Shown here: in pieces, positions 49,301 to 59,700 of the stretch
Position numbering within the stretch: the first letter of the stretch is position 1
Layout: every line of letters starts with the position of its first letter
Assembly (NCBI GenBank): GCA_041690595.1
Contig: JAWLHB010000003.1
Location: 62,001 to 126,000 of the forward strand
From: Lentisphaeria bacterium
Lineage (GTDB): Bacteria; Verrucomicrobiota; Lentisphaeria; JABSQK01; JAWLHB01
DNA length: 64,000 nt
Reading direction: 5' to 3'
Translations under genes and position numbers: made by a program
Notes under the pieces: generated by a model
Seen by the model: only the letters and a program-made list of their open reading frames with translations
Database searches by the model: none
What the model was told of the DNA's origin: nothing

Positions 49301-49837
49301 CTCGATGAGGCGCGCCTGCGCACTCCACTCACGTGCTTCATCCGGACTCAGGTCATGATTGCCGGTCAGGCGGGTTCCCCGATTACCATAGGCATCGATC
49401 AAGGCGCCAACCCCATACTGCTGCCCAAACTTATCCCGCAGATAAAAGCCCATGTAATCGCCGCGATCATTCTCCATCGGCTTCGGACGCGGCGCGTAGT
49501 CGGGCCGCTTCACGCGGAAAGCCAGGTAAAGCCCCTGCTCCGAATACGCTATCCAGAAAAATGCCTGATCCTGGATCCCCCCACCGGTGATTCGGTCGAT
49601 CAGCGGCATGGATTGCGAGGCCCCACTCCACTCGCTCGCCTCCACCTCGCCGTCGATCCGCGGCACCGATCCGGAAAGCAGCGGCGCCGTAATCAGTGGA
49701 TAACGAAAGCAGACATCAGGCAGATCGTCGATTCCGTAAGGCTTGCGTACCCCGCCAAACGCCGCACCCGTCATCACCAATATGGCCAGCGCGGCAGCAC
49801 CAAGCCTGCCTGCCGGACGAAGTATTCCCATTCTCAT
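46322..49837 (-). CDS. Large secreted CBM9-like plus DUF6067/GH123-like protein
   Basis: Signal peptide after RBS AGGAG; PRIDGEVEASEW, EFDG, LWLGN and VTPAKPM motifs. Confidence 0.65.
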   Translation of the reverse strand: MRMGILRPAGRLGAAALAILVMTGAAFGGVRKPYGIDDLPDVCFRYPLITAPLLSGSVPRIDGEVEASEWSGASQSMPLIDRITGGGIQDQAFFWIAYSEQGLYLAFRVKRPDYAPRPKPMENDRGDYMGFYLRDKFGQQYGVGALIDAYGNRGTRLTGNHDLSPDEAREWSAQARLIESGYEGELFLPFTFFERRTPRQDDLWELQVINHRATPTVQQGVYSVVDNATPLKDYGYLRFGDVDTPPVQLVAMSPPRERTLGAAVQLAEGARQGVVVHAALFQQPNDRTEYYSIIKSLAGLDAESDRLGKSVSPTLVGQEALRHYRFIDRWSGKVAGGARTEFSADVPPGRYLMHMRVFDNEGKLLSAGTWGVRRHAELEVRAHVYPLLGQHLVVLADYNGISTSPGPGSNLKARLLNATGGSVAESTLALSADRRDVRLQFPITGVRPGQYTLETQLLEGGGKVLASVERSVRIPETPAWWGNNLGKVEAMRQVPLPWTPLRATTTTLDMWGRTLTYNNRLMPTSIIHANAGVELLAAPVTLQLDVAQELVYGAANLQRDPWRVVRQTEISSLGGSLRGRLTVDTEFDGFSRHTLALSPVGQRPLQIAGLVLEIPLRRSIVEFYHVGPAGTLADANPAYWAAGRVPEAGLTLPFVSNLWLGNADAGIDLTFEWDRDWFPLDQPDAVTVRFDKEVAIVRVHMVRRDTSGPRSRVKTVTQPVSFEWGMLVTPAKPMSSTYAHDVRLTTGDTVVNRMSRRVDATDVGSLARALAGNGATAHLTVDETPSDSPKSTVVWPTGHSLPGFNPGDTTTSWRSLGMAEAVKMRQRQGLRWNVFQMFAIVPVDWAELDDHWREMVIDPERGSGTRFRHDPTPPFQDWYLSRLQQTIDSTGVNGIFQKNAVMPRLSTNLSTGAGWYDEEGRLRGKYPIFSQRRLQQRLWLLLHSGPDKQGLVMADSMPYIFPTIESFVDVHVAGQYVRWQELLQQDRDQLISRYYGHAFGVPVVAFNNNAFDQPSSRLSSWGPALLLDARFQAAPEHLLSDLYPAVKRATYDDESAIVVGALWGAWRTFPWSGSLWSPWWKSGEYVKSSNSDLLIALHRVPGTAAMITIVNPTEEPVTASITLELAALGMENMPVRLVDTVLSQQMQIDYGKVEVQILPNRWRQLHLSRAE

Positions 49838-50060
49838 CCCACTTCTCCTGGTCAATCGGCGGCAGGTCGGCATCTGTTCACCAGGAACAGGCGCAGCCGT
49901 GCCACATCCCGCGGTTATGTACCCGAAAGTCACGCCCGCATTGTATCATCGCCACGCCATGGAATCAAGGTCTCCGCCACCATGGTACAAGGATAACTTG
50001 CTTTCCTGAGCGGCTGGTGTACGAGTAAATTTTCACCTGACACGACCATTTGTTGCCGAT

Positions 50061-51113
50061 ATGAAAACTGCTATCCTGGTCTCCGGCGGCGTCGATAGTT
50101 CCACAGCCCTCGCCTTGCTCGCCCGCGAGCCGGGACGACAATTGACTGCATTTTACCTCAAGATCTGGCTCGAGGAAGAGCTCCACTTCCTCGGCGATTG
50201 CCCTTGGGAAGAGGATCTCGCCTTCGTGCGGGCCATCTGCCGGCAGTACCAGGTTCCCTTGAAGATCGTCCCTCTCCAGAGCGAATACCGCGAGCGGGTC
50301 GTCGAACATGCCCTCGCGGAGCTGCGGGCAGGTCGAACTCCCAGCCCCGACATCTGGTGCAACCAGTTCATAAAGTTCGGCGAATTCTTCCGCGTCATCG
50401 GCGACGAATTCGACCAGGTGGCCACCGGCCACTACGCCCGCATCGAGCAGCGCGACGGCCTCTACTGGCTGCGTCGGGCGCCCGACCCGGTCAAGGATCA
50501 ATCCTACTTCCTCGCCCGCCTGGATCAACGCCAGCTTTCACGCCTCATCTTCCCCATCGGCGGCTATCAGAAGTTCGACGTGAGGCGCCTCGCCCGTGAA
50601 CTGGACGTTCCCAGCAAGGATCGCCGCGACAGCCAGGGGATCTGCTTCCTCGGCAAGATCCAGTATCGCGATTTCGTCAAGTTTCACCTGGGAGAACGGC
50701 CCGGCCCCATCGTTGAGCTGGAAAACGGCCGCGAACTTGGGCGGCATCAGGGCGTCTGGTTCTACACCATCGGGCAGCGCCAGGGGCTGGGGCTAAGCGG
50801 CGGCCCATGGTATGTCGTTCGACGCGACATGGCGGAAAACATCGTCTACGTTTCCCACTCCACCCATTATCTGGAGCAGGCTCGTGGCACATTTGTTGCG
50901 GAAGACGTACGCTGGATAGCCGCCCCGCCGGCTCACCACGACCTGCAACTGAAGCTGCGCCACGGCCCACAACTGATCGACTGCCAGATCGAGCCGTTGG
51001 GCACCGACAGGTACAGCGTCGTGATGGATCGCGAGGACCCCGGCGTCGCACCCGGTCAGTGGTCCATCTTCTATGACGGTGACTATTGCCTCGGTGCCGG
51101 CATCATCGCCTGA
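50061..51113 (+). CDS. mnmA: tRNA 2-thiouridine(34) synthase
   Basis: SGGVDSS, GRTPSPDIWCN, ATGHYA, KDQSYFL, DSQGICF, YTIGQR and PGQ motifs. Confidence 0.97.
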   Translation: MKTAILVSGGVDSSTALALLAREPGRQLTAFYLKIWLEEELHFLGDCPWEEDLAFVRAICRQYQVPLKIVPLQSEYRERVVEHALAELRAGRTPSPDIWCNQFIKFGEFFRVIGDEFDQVATGHYARIEQRDGLYWLRRAPDPVKDQSYFLARLDQRQLSRLIFPIGGYQKFDVRRLARELDVPSKDRRDSQGICFLGKIQYRDFVKFHLGERPGPIVELENGRELGRHQGVWFYTIGQRQGLGLSGGPWYVVRRDMAENIVYVSHSTHYLEQARGTFVAEDVRWIAAPPAHHDLQLKLRHGPQLIDCQIEPLGTDRYSVVMDREDPGVAPGQWSIFYDGDYCLGAGIIA

Positions 51114-51236
51114 ACTCCAATCACCGCAACAGCCTCACAAGAAAGCCCGAAACCCTGCCAGTTCACCCTGGCTTTCTCCCCTCTTTGGCGTATAGTAAAC
51201 TGTCGATATTCACCGCCAATTGAGACTCTCCACAGC

Positions 51237-52058
51237 ATGAATTCAGACATCGCCGACATCCTCGACGAATGGCCCTTCGACCCCAACAGCAATGTCCGCC
51301 AGATCCGCGCCAGCGACGGCCGCGAAAAGATTCAGGTGCGCATTGAGCAGGGGCCCTTCCGCGGCATCCTCCAAATGGACCTGGAAGGACGACCCGATGG
51401 CGTCCGACCCCACGGGTGGGATTTCGCGCTCGACTACTACACCTTCCTCCGCGATTCCGCCCACAACGAGGGAAACCCCGATTTTTCCCTTGACCGGACC
51501 ATGTGCAAGGAACTCTTTGCCGAGAGCAAGTGCATCTACGAACGCTACGCCTTCCTGCTGCAACTCGCCGATTTCAAGCGCGTTGTCCGCGATGCGGAAC
51601 GCAACATGCGCCTCTTCCGCTTCGTCCATGAACATGCCGAGCACCCTGACGACCGCGACAATCTCGAGCGCTGGTGGCCATACCTACTCCGCATCCATGG
51701 CACCGCCCGCGCCATGATCGCCCTGGCCGAGAAGACGCCCAAGCGCGCCATCGCCATCGTCGAGGAAGCGCGACGCCAGCTCAACGCCCTCAAGCCCATC
51801 GATGCGGTTGAGTTTCGCATTGAACTGGAACGCTCCCTCGAAGCCCTTGATGAACTCGAGGCGGAGCTGAACGGTCACGTCGAACCTTCGATGCTCGAAC
51901 GGCTCGAAACTGAACTGCAAGAGGCTGTCGACAAGGAAGATTTTGAAGTCGCCGCCATCCTGCGCGACCGCATCTTCGCCATCAACAACGGCGACCAAGC
52001 CAACGATGACGATGACGATGACGACGACGCGCAGCAGGAAGCCGCGGCTGACGCCTGA
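51237..52058 (+). CDS. Conserved protein with C-terminal UvrB/UvrC (UVR) motif
   Basis: GILQMDLEGRPDG.RP; LQEAVDKEDFEVAAILRDRI; acidic tail. Confidence 0.8.
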   Translation: MNSDIADILDEWPFDPNSNVRQIRASDGREKIQVRIEQGPFRGILQMDLEGRPDGVRPHGWDFALDYYTFLRDSAHNEGNPDFSLDRTMCKELFAESKCIYERYAFLLQLADFKRVVRDAERNMRLFRFVHEHAEHPDDRDNLERWWPYLLRIHGTARAMIALAEKTPKRAIAIVEEARRQLNALKPIDAVEFRIELERSLEALDELEAELNGHVEPSMLERLETELQEAVDKEDFEVAAILRDRIFAINNGDQANDDDDDDDDAQQEAAADA

Positions 52059-52073
52059 GCGCAAAGCCCCAGA

Positions 52074-52685
52074 TCACCTCCAGAGCGGCAACTCGCGCAA
52101 CTCCCCCAGTCGGGCGATCAGGAAGTCCGGCTTGCATCCGGGATCGCCAACTCCACCGTTGGTCAGGAAGACGGTCAGAGCGCCTGCCCCCGCGCCGGCC
52201 TCGATGTCGAAGCGGTAATCCCCGACCATCAGCAACGCTTCCGGCGATACCCCCATGCGCTCGGCAGCAAGCAGCACCCCCTCCGGGCTCGGCTTGTGTG
52301 CCACCGGATCGTCACGCGAGATCATCGCGGCAAAGTCCGCGTGCGTCACCCTGTCGAAATTCCCTAACGCGACATCCACCGCATCCTGCGAGTTGCGGGT
52401 CAGCACACCAAGGAGAATTCCGCGCCCCCGACACCAGTGGATAATCGCTTCCGCATCCAGATTCGGTTGGCTCCGCCGCGCCGCCGCCAGCTCCGCTTCG
52501 TGCAGTCGCCGATGCGCGTCTTCGCGCTCAGCCAGATCTTCCAACGCCGCCAGAAACTCCAGGATCGGCTGCCCCGTGGGGCATCCCGTTACCTGCCGCA
52601 ACAGGCCAAAGTCGATTCCCGCAGGCTCCGTCAGCGTGCCGTCGAAATCGAAAAGCACCCCTTTCACCTCTCGTCCTGTTACCAC
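52074..52685 (-). CDS. HAD-superfamily hydrolase
   Basis: FDFDGTL, LTRN, KPSP and VGDYRFD motifs; GTG start after GGGAGG. Confidence 0.9.
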   Translation of the reverse strand: MVTGREVKGVLFDFDGTLTEPAGIDFGLLRQVTGCPTGQPILEFLAALEDLAEREDAHRRLHEAELAAARRSQPNLDAEAIIHWCRGRGILLGVLTRNSQDAVDVALGNFDRVTHADFAAMISRDDPVAHKPSPEGVLLAAERMGVSPEALLMVGDYRFDIEAGAGAGALTVFLTNGGVGDPGCKPDFLIARLGELRELPLWR

Positions 52686-52827
52686 CTCGTTCCTCCCTTG
52701 CGACCCGCGCGTTGTTATTGGTAGACCCCAGAGAAGAGGCACAATGACCATTGCCATTCTCCTTTCCACGCAGTATCTTGTGGGTATTGCTTTTTCAAGA
52801 CGACATCCACCACAAGGGAGAATTTAT

Positions 52828-53286
52828 ATGGGGAACGAGTCCACAACATGGAGACTGGCGGATCTGCCCTTCTTCGCAGGACTCGATGAGGAATTTATCG
52901 AGCTGTTCGCCGATTGCGCACACACGGAGACCACTTCCTTCGGCCACTACCTCTTCTTCGAAGGCGAACCCGCGGAGCGCTTCTACATCATCCGCACCGG
53001 CAAAGTCGCCTTGCAGACCAGCGCCGGCAGCCTCGGCTTCTTCACGATAGAGACTCTGGGCGACAATGACACCATCGGCTGGTCCTGGATCTTCCCACCC
53101 TACAAGTGGAGCCTCACGGCCCGCTCCCTCTCGCCCTGCGATTTGATCGTCTTCGACGCGCGCTGCCTGCGCGCCAAATGCGAAGCGAATACTGACTTCA
53201 CGTACGAATTGATGAAGCGCACCTCCGCGGTCAGCGCCGAGAGGCTCCGCGCCGCCCGCTTCGCTCTGCTCAACCAACTCGCCTGA
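52828..53286 (+). CDS. Stand-alone cyclic-nucleotide-binding (Crp-like) domain protein
   Basis: LPFFAGL, FFEGEPAERFYIIRTGKV and IGWSW motifs; no HTH. Confidence 0.85.
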   Translation: MGNESTTWRLADLPFFAGLDEEFIELFADCAHTETTSFGHYLFFEGEPAERFYIIRTGKVALQTSAGSLGFFTIETLGDNDTIGWSWIFPPYKWSLTARSLSPCDLIVFDARCLRAKCEANTDFTYELMKRTSAVSAERLRAARFALLNQLA

Positions 53287-53304
53287 GCCTACAGGAACCT
53301 CGCC

Positions 53305-53766
53305 ATGCCCGAGCAGGATCAACTCTTCCTCTTCCTCCGAAAGAATACCTTCTTCGATGACTTGTCCGACGAACACCTGCGTGAATTGCTCGACCTCGCC
53401 CGACTCCAGAGCATCCCCGCCGGTGAGCATTTCATGCGAATTGGCGATCCCGCCACCTATCTCGCCGTCCTGCGGCAGGGCGTCGCCAATCTCGGCGTGA
53501 TGAGCGAAGGCGGGCGAGTCGTTGTGGTCGACAAGCTGGAACGCCACGCCGTGATCGGCTGGTCAGCCATCGTTCCGCCACACGAATGGAGCTACGACGC
53601 CGTTGCCCTCTCCGAGCTCGACTTTGTCCTCTTCGATGCGGTTAGACTTCGCGAGAAGTGCGAACGCGAGCACAAATTCGGCGTTCAGATGATGACCTGT
53701 ATCGCCAGAACCATCACCCGCCGTCTCACCGCGACGCGCATGTCCCTCCTCAACAACGCCCTCTAG
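53305..53766 (+). CDS. Stand-alone cNMP-binding domain protein (paralogue)
   Basis: FFDDL, GDPATYLAVLRQG, IGWSA and LREKCE motifs. Confidence 0.85.
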   Translation: MPEQDQLFLFLRKNTFFDDLSDEHLRELLDLARLQSIPAGEHFMRIGDPATYLAVLRQGVANLGVMSEGGRVVVVDKLERHAVIGWSAIVPPHEWSYDAVALSELDFVLFDAVRLREKCEREHKFGVQMMTCIARTITRRLTATRMSLLNNAL

Positions 53767-56624
53767 TCGCCGTCGTGAACCTCGCGATAGGCGTGCGAAA
53801 CCGGGTCGAACCACTGCCCTTCAAAAGCGCGGATCAGACTCGTGTATACCCGCACCTCCAGCTGATTCGCCCCCTTCCGGATCCAGGCGCAGGGAACCGT
53901 GGCCGCCCGCGGCGACCATGGCAGCGGCACCCACTCATGCCCATTGAGCCGGATCTCGCAAGCGTCCTCGAAGGAGTCCGGCAGCTCCACCCAAAGCAGC
54001 GCCGACTCACTGTCAGGCACTGCCGCCACCGTCGCCTCACATCCATACTCCACCACCCCCGCGTAGTAGGGCAGCCCATTTGCCCGATAATGCTCGAAAG
54101 CACCCTCCAACCGCGGCTCCTCCAGGCTGCACCGCTCCAGATCGACCGCGAAAGCTCCGGCCAGATAGAGCGCATTGCGCAGACCGCCATCCAGACGATC
54201 GGTTTCCAGCTCAACCGTCAGCGCATTCTCCCCCGCCCTCAGCCAACGGCTGATATCCACGGCCAGACTCCCGCGCACGTGTGCCTCCGTGGGCGAAAAG
54301 TCGCCGCTGCCGAACCATTCACCGTCATTCACTCGCGCCCGCCAGGCACCCAGCAGGGAGCCCGGCTCCATCACCAGCTCGACAGGTCCATCCCAGGCGC
54401 AATCAAAGGAGGTGCGGTAGCTCAGCTTCAGGCGCGGCAGCGACATCAGCGGCATCTGGCCGAAACTCTGCTTCCACACCGGTGCGATCGCCATGCCGCT
54501 CATCTGGAGCTGGTTGGCCAGCGGTACCGACGCCACCCGACAGAAGGGCGCCTTCCCATCGACGCACATCTCCCATTCGTACAAGCGCAGCAGATTTGCC
54601 TGGAGCGGCCGCACGGTAGCCCGCTGCCCTGCTTTCACCTGTACGCGAAGCTCCGGCAAACGCTCGCGTCTCGAAACGCTTTCACCTTCTTCCACCAATA
54701 CGGTCTCGAACGGCGCGATTCGGCGTCGCCCATCCCCATCCAGCAAGGGCGGCAATCGTGGATCGATCGGCTCTTCGCGCAGCCTCCCGCCGCTGCATAG
54801 CCGCACCGACATTGCCTCCCGCGACGAGTTCAACAGCATCCAGCGCCGCTGCTTTCCGTCGCTCCGCGTCACCACCTGCAGCCCCTCAAGCGCCCCTTCC
54901 ACCCGCAGCGAAGGTGGCGCAATCCTCATCAACTCCTCGATGGCACTCTCCAGCTGCGATGCATCACGCACCTCGACCACCTGACCGCCTTCCGCGCGAA
55001 AAGCATCCAGCCACGCCGACGCGGCACCTTCCATGAGCTGCATCGGCGGCACCAGAACCACCCTCGGTGACATCCCGCGCAAATGCACCCGCCCATCGGC
55101 CACCCGGCCAGCCTGAAGTATGTCCACGTCCACCATGTGATAGTCCAGACGATGCGCCACCAACACCTCCAGCAGCCGCTGATAGACCTTTGTCTGCTCT
55201 GCCGATGGCAGCCCGCCGTTCGGGTCGAGCACCAGAATGCTGGCCTCGATCCACGTACCTTCCAACCACTCGAAAAGACGCTGAAGACGCTCCTGGAGCA
55301 GCCCAAAGATCGGCCAGTACGGCATCTGCACATGAAACGATGGCGGCGCATCGTGCTTTGTTAGGCTGTGTGTTGTGTAGAAGCAGCCATGCGGCACAAG
55401 GTAGCGAATCCCCTGTTGCACCAGGCCCTCCGCCATCACCCGCGCATCCTGCATGGTTCCGCTCCAGCCCAGGCTGTGAAAGCATTCGCAGAGACTCCCC
55501 TCCTTTTCGTAGAACCAGGCCGCCGAAGCCGTCGCCCGCGCATTTCCACGCACCCGCGTGGAATGATAATCGGGACGCCGGCCCGCCTTTGTATGTCCCG
55601 GCTCACACCCCGGAACATCCATGTATTTCAGTTGCGACAGGCGCAGGTTGTTCTTCTCGCCCGCATACCGGATACCGTGCTGCCGGCACCAGCTTCGCAC
55701 CGGCGTCTCGAACGATTCCACGAAGAGCTCCAGAAGCAGATCCCGATACTGCTGCTTCACCTCCAGATGGCGCGGATGATCCTGCCGGCAAAGGGCCGGC
55801 AGAAGGGGCGGCAGCGCTTCACCATAACGCGCTTCATACGCCCCAGGCACCAGCGCCGACCAGCCCGGCGTCGTTTCATCCACGAAAATGCTCCCGAAAA
55901 TCTTGCCGAAAGCATCGCCATAGCGCGCGGCATAGCGCGCGTGCGTCAGTTCCAGCCAGCGAGCGACCGCCGCGGGATTCATCACATCCGCATAGTAGCC
56001 CCAGTACTTGTGATCCGTCACCAGCACCTGAAGCGATGACACCAGGAGATGGGGTGCCGGCGGCAACTGCACCTCCAGCACCGGCACCGGATCGCTGGCA
56101 AAAAAACGCTTGCGATTGTAGTCGGTCAGCCCCATCTCCACATAGGAGTCATGGCGCATCGACAAGCCGACGAAGCTGCGCAGGTCGCGTCCTTCTCCCC
56201 ACTGCACCTCGCCCCCGGCAGACAGCGGAAACGCCTGACAATCGAGCACCCGCCCAGCCGGCAACTCGACCTCCGTCTCCCCCCCCGAAAGCTCCAGCAC
56301 CTTCTGCACCAGCCGTGTCCCCATGTATTGCGGATCCCCCAGCACCATCTCGCCGCCTGCCACGCCACTGGGGTACGGATACTCGTCATAGAGCTGCGGC
56401 AAAAGGCCATGCTCCGCCGCCGCTTCAACCGCCACATCCACCATCCGCAGAAAACTCTCCGACATGTACGGCTGCCGCAACCCCTGGCGCGAATGGAGAT
56501 AGAAGCCGCGAAAGCCTTTCGCCGCCATCTCCGCTATCTGGCGCCGCACCTCCCCCTCCTCCAGACGGCCATTCCAGAACCAGAAAGGGTAAAGCCCGGC
56601 GGGCAGCGGTGCGTTGTCCGGCAT
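53763..56624 (-). CDS. Glycoside hydrolase, GH106/GH2-like (alpha-L-rhamnosidase-like)
   Basis: PFWFWNG, HSRQGL, LYDEYPYPSG, FVDE and HDAPPS motifs. Confidence 0.8.
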   Translation of the reverse strand: MPDNAPLPAGLYPFWFWNGRLEEGEVRRQIAEMAAKGFRGFYLHSRQGLRQPYMSESFLRMVDVAVEAAAEHGLLPQLYDEYPYPSGVAGGEMVLGDPQYMGTRLVQKVLELSGGETEVELPAGRVLDCQAFPLSAGGEVQWGEGRDLRSFVGLSMRHDSYVEMGLTDYNRKRFFASDPVPVLEVQLPPAPHLLVSSLQVLVTDHKYWGYYADVMNPAAVARWLELTHARYAARYGDAFGKIFGSIFVDETTPGWSALVPGAYEARYGEALPPLLPALCRQDHPRHLEVKQQYRDLLLELFVESFETPVRSWCRQHGIRYAGEKNNLRLSQLKYMDVPGCEPGHTKAGRRPDYHSTRVRGNARATASAAWFYEKEGSLCECFHSLGWSGTMQDARVMAEGLVQQGIRYLVPHGCFYTTHSLTKHDAPPSFHVQMPYWPIFGLLQERLQRLFEWLEGTWIEASILVLDPNGGLPSAEQTKVYQRLLEVLVAHRLDYHMVDVDILQAGRVADGRVHLRGMSPRVVLVPPMQLMEGAASAWLDAFRAEGGQVVEVRDASQLESAIEELMRIAPPSLRVEGALEGLQVVTRSDGKQRRWMLLNSSREAMSVRLCSGGRLREEPIDPRLPPLLDGDGRRRIAPFETVLVEEGESVSRRERLPELRVQVKAGQRATVRPLQANLLRLYEWEMCVDGKAPFCRVASVPLANQLQMSGMAIAPVWKQSFGQMPLMSLPRLKLSYRTSFDCAWDGPVELVMEPGSLLGAWRARVNDGEWFGSGDFSPTEAHVRGSLAVDISRWLRAGENALTVELETDRLDGGLRNALYLAGAFAVDLERCSLEEPRLEGAFEHYRANGLPYYAGVVEYGCEATVAAVPDSESALLWVELPDSFEDACEIRLNGHEWVPLPWSPRAATVPCAWIRKGANQLEVRVYTSLIRAFEGQWFDPVSHAYREVHDGD

Positions 56625-56756
56625 GCTCTTTCACTCCTCGATAACGTTGTTCTTCAAGTTCCGCATCAATGTACCGGTCTTCTGTTCCTTGACAAATCGC
56701 CCCGCTGACACACTGTTTGCAAAGCCATCCACATCCTTTCTGGAATCATCCCGCGC

Positions 56757-59700
56757 ATGTACCGACTGCTCTCCCTCCTCATCCTCTTTAGCGTCGCCCT
56801 CGCCCGCGCCGCCGACACCGATCAGCCCGTGCTCCGTCCCCTCGCCGTCCTGCCCAGACTCGCGCGGCCCCCCGCCATCGATGGTATCATCACCAGCGCC
56901 GAATGGCCCACTCTCCAGGTACATCGCTTTGTCGCCAGGCGCGCCGGCGGCCGGGATCTCCTGCAACCCCGCGACGGCGAATTCTACGTCGCTTCCGATG
57001 GCAAGCGGCTCTACGTCGCTGTCCGTAGCGCCCTCCATCCCCGCGCCGGCGCCATCGCCACATCCCGCCCCGATGGCAATCGCGACATCCCCGGCGTCAG
57101 TCGCGACGACACCATCGAATTGTGGATCGATGCCGATCCAGCCGGCCCTGCAGGCCGCCTCCACCACCTCATTATCAATCCACTTACCGCCTGGTTCGAT
57201 CAGGTCACCAACCGCACGACCGGCGTCACCGATCCATGGTGGCGATCCTCCAGCCTCCGTCAGGCCCACAACGTCGCCAACGGCTTCTGGTCCGCCGAGC
57301 TTTCCATCGAGTTGGCCGAAGTAGGCATTGCCGATCCCACCCGGCCCTTCGGCTTGCACATCTGCCGCAACTACCGTCATCCGTGGGATCTTTCCGGGTG
57401 GGCGCCCCGGGTCAACGCTTTCGACGAGCCTGGCACCATGCCGCTCGTCAGCCTCGCTGACCATGCACCCGCCGTCCAGGAAAAGGCCTTTCAGGACGAG
57501 CAGGGAATCGCCGTCGCCGTCGACATCGTCAATCCCAGTCAGTCGCCGCTACCGCTCAAGGTCCGGCTAGGCGGAAATGCGGAAGGCCAACTCCGCGAAT
57601 ACCAGGAGTGGGAGGTCAACCTCGCTCCTCAACAGCGCCGTTCGTTCCTCTATCGCCGGCCAGTTGCCGCCGGCAGCGCCATGCTTGCCGAGATCCTCGT
57701 CAGCTCTCCCGACGGCAGCCTCATCTTCCATCATCGCGATGTGAAGTGGCAGACTCCGTCCACCACCACCTGGGAACTCAACGTCGCTAATCCCCTCGTC
57801 GACGCCACCGAATTCGACATCGAGTGGCACCCTACCCAGAAGATCCTCCGCTGGCGGGTTGCACTGCCCCCCACCCTCAACCAGATCTCTCGTTTTCGAC
57901 TCCAGATCAGCGATGCCGGCACCGGCAATGTCCTTCACACCCTCATGCAGCAATCCGGCGCGGTTCCCGCAAACGATCACCAGACCCACCTCGCCGACCT
58001 GCCGGACGGACGCTACGTCGCCGCTCTCTTTCTCGATGCCCCCACCCCCGCCGCGCAGCCCGCACTCCGACGCGTCTTTGAACATGCCAGCGATTTCCCC
58101 TGGCTGCGTCAGCAACTCGGCGTCTCCAATCAGGTCATTCCTCCCTTCACGCCCCTGAAGGTCACCGGCATTCTCTGGGAAACCCGCCGTGTGCATGCCA
58201 TCGGCCGCGAGCACCTTATCGCCAACAACGGACTCTGGAGCCAGGTCATCGCCAATGGCGGTGAACTCCTCACCGACCCCATGCAGCTCCGCCTCCATCG
58301 CAACGGCGCCGAAAGTACCGCCAACGGACAACTCCGTTTCCTGGAAAAGGCCGACCACCGCGTCATCCTCACCAGCGCCTGGATCGCCGACGATTATTCC
58401 GGTACCCTCACCTCCGAATTCGACTACGACGGCTGCATGAAAGTCACCATCGACCTCCCTCCAAGCGGTGGTGTCACCATCGACGCCCTCGACCTCGTCC
58501 TCCCCCTGCGCGACGACATGGCACAGCTCATGTATTCCTGCATCGACAAGCCACGCGACTCGATCTCCGACCGCGTCCCCGCCGGTGATGGCATAGTCTG
58601 GAGCAGCGGCACCGGTCGTGACGACCGCGCGGTGCCCTACCTTTGGCTCGGCAATGAAGCACGCGGCATCTGCTGGTTTGCCGCCGATGACCGCGATTGG
58701 GTTCTGGACGAGACCGGCGCCACGCCCGCCCTTCAGCTCCAGCGATCCCAGGGATCCCTCCAGTTGCGAGTCCGCTTCATTCAGCAACCCACCATTCTCC
58801 GTCGCCATCGCCGCATCGTCTTTGGTTTGCAGGCCACTCCCGTCAAACCCATGCCCGACAGCCCCCCCTGGAAGCAGGTCGGCTTCTACCGCGGAGCACC
58901 CGTTAACCTCGTTTTCTATGACCTCATCTCCGCCTGGGGCGGCAGACCCTATTCCGTCTACCCGAGCAGGCGCGACTTCACCATCATCGAGAAGCTTGCC
59001 GATGCACGGCGCGGCACCCCCGACCTCCCATGGTTCAGCGACTACATCGCTCAGCATCCCCAAAGCAAGGCGGAAATCAACTGGGCTCTGCGCCAGACCG
59101 GCGATCACGGCATTGCCTACACCAACCTCCGCGGCGCCGTCACCGCCAGCCGCGAATGGCGCGTCTACCAGGACGAATGGCGCAACGGCAATTTCCTCCC
59201 CCGCGAAACGCGCGATGACATTCGCGACGGTCACGTCGACGAAACCGTCCTCCCCGTTCCCAGTCGGATCGACTTCCTCCTCTACAACTATCGCGAGATG
59301 TTGCGCCGCGGAATGGACGGCATCTACTGGGATCACGCCAGCCTCTATCCCAACATGAACCACGTTCAGAGCAACGGCTATTTCCGCCCGGACGGAAGCT
59401 ATCGCACTTCCACCGATCTCTGGCAGCTTCGCGAACTGGCCAAACGCACCGCCGTGCTTGCTCACCAGATCGGAAAGCCCAACCTCAACATGATCAACAC
59501 CACCGATGCATGCCTCGTCCCCGTCGCCGCCTGGACGGGCGCCATCATCGGCTGGCACGGCCAGCGCGGTAGCCGCGACTTCCAGGACCGCTTCACCCGC
59601 GAACACATCCGCGCCGTCAACCTCGGCCACCAGACGGGCAACCTTCCCTGTGTCCGTCATGGCAACACGTACGAAATTCAGGATCCGGATCGCCGTCGCT

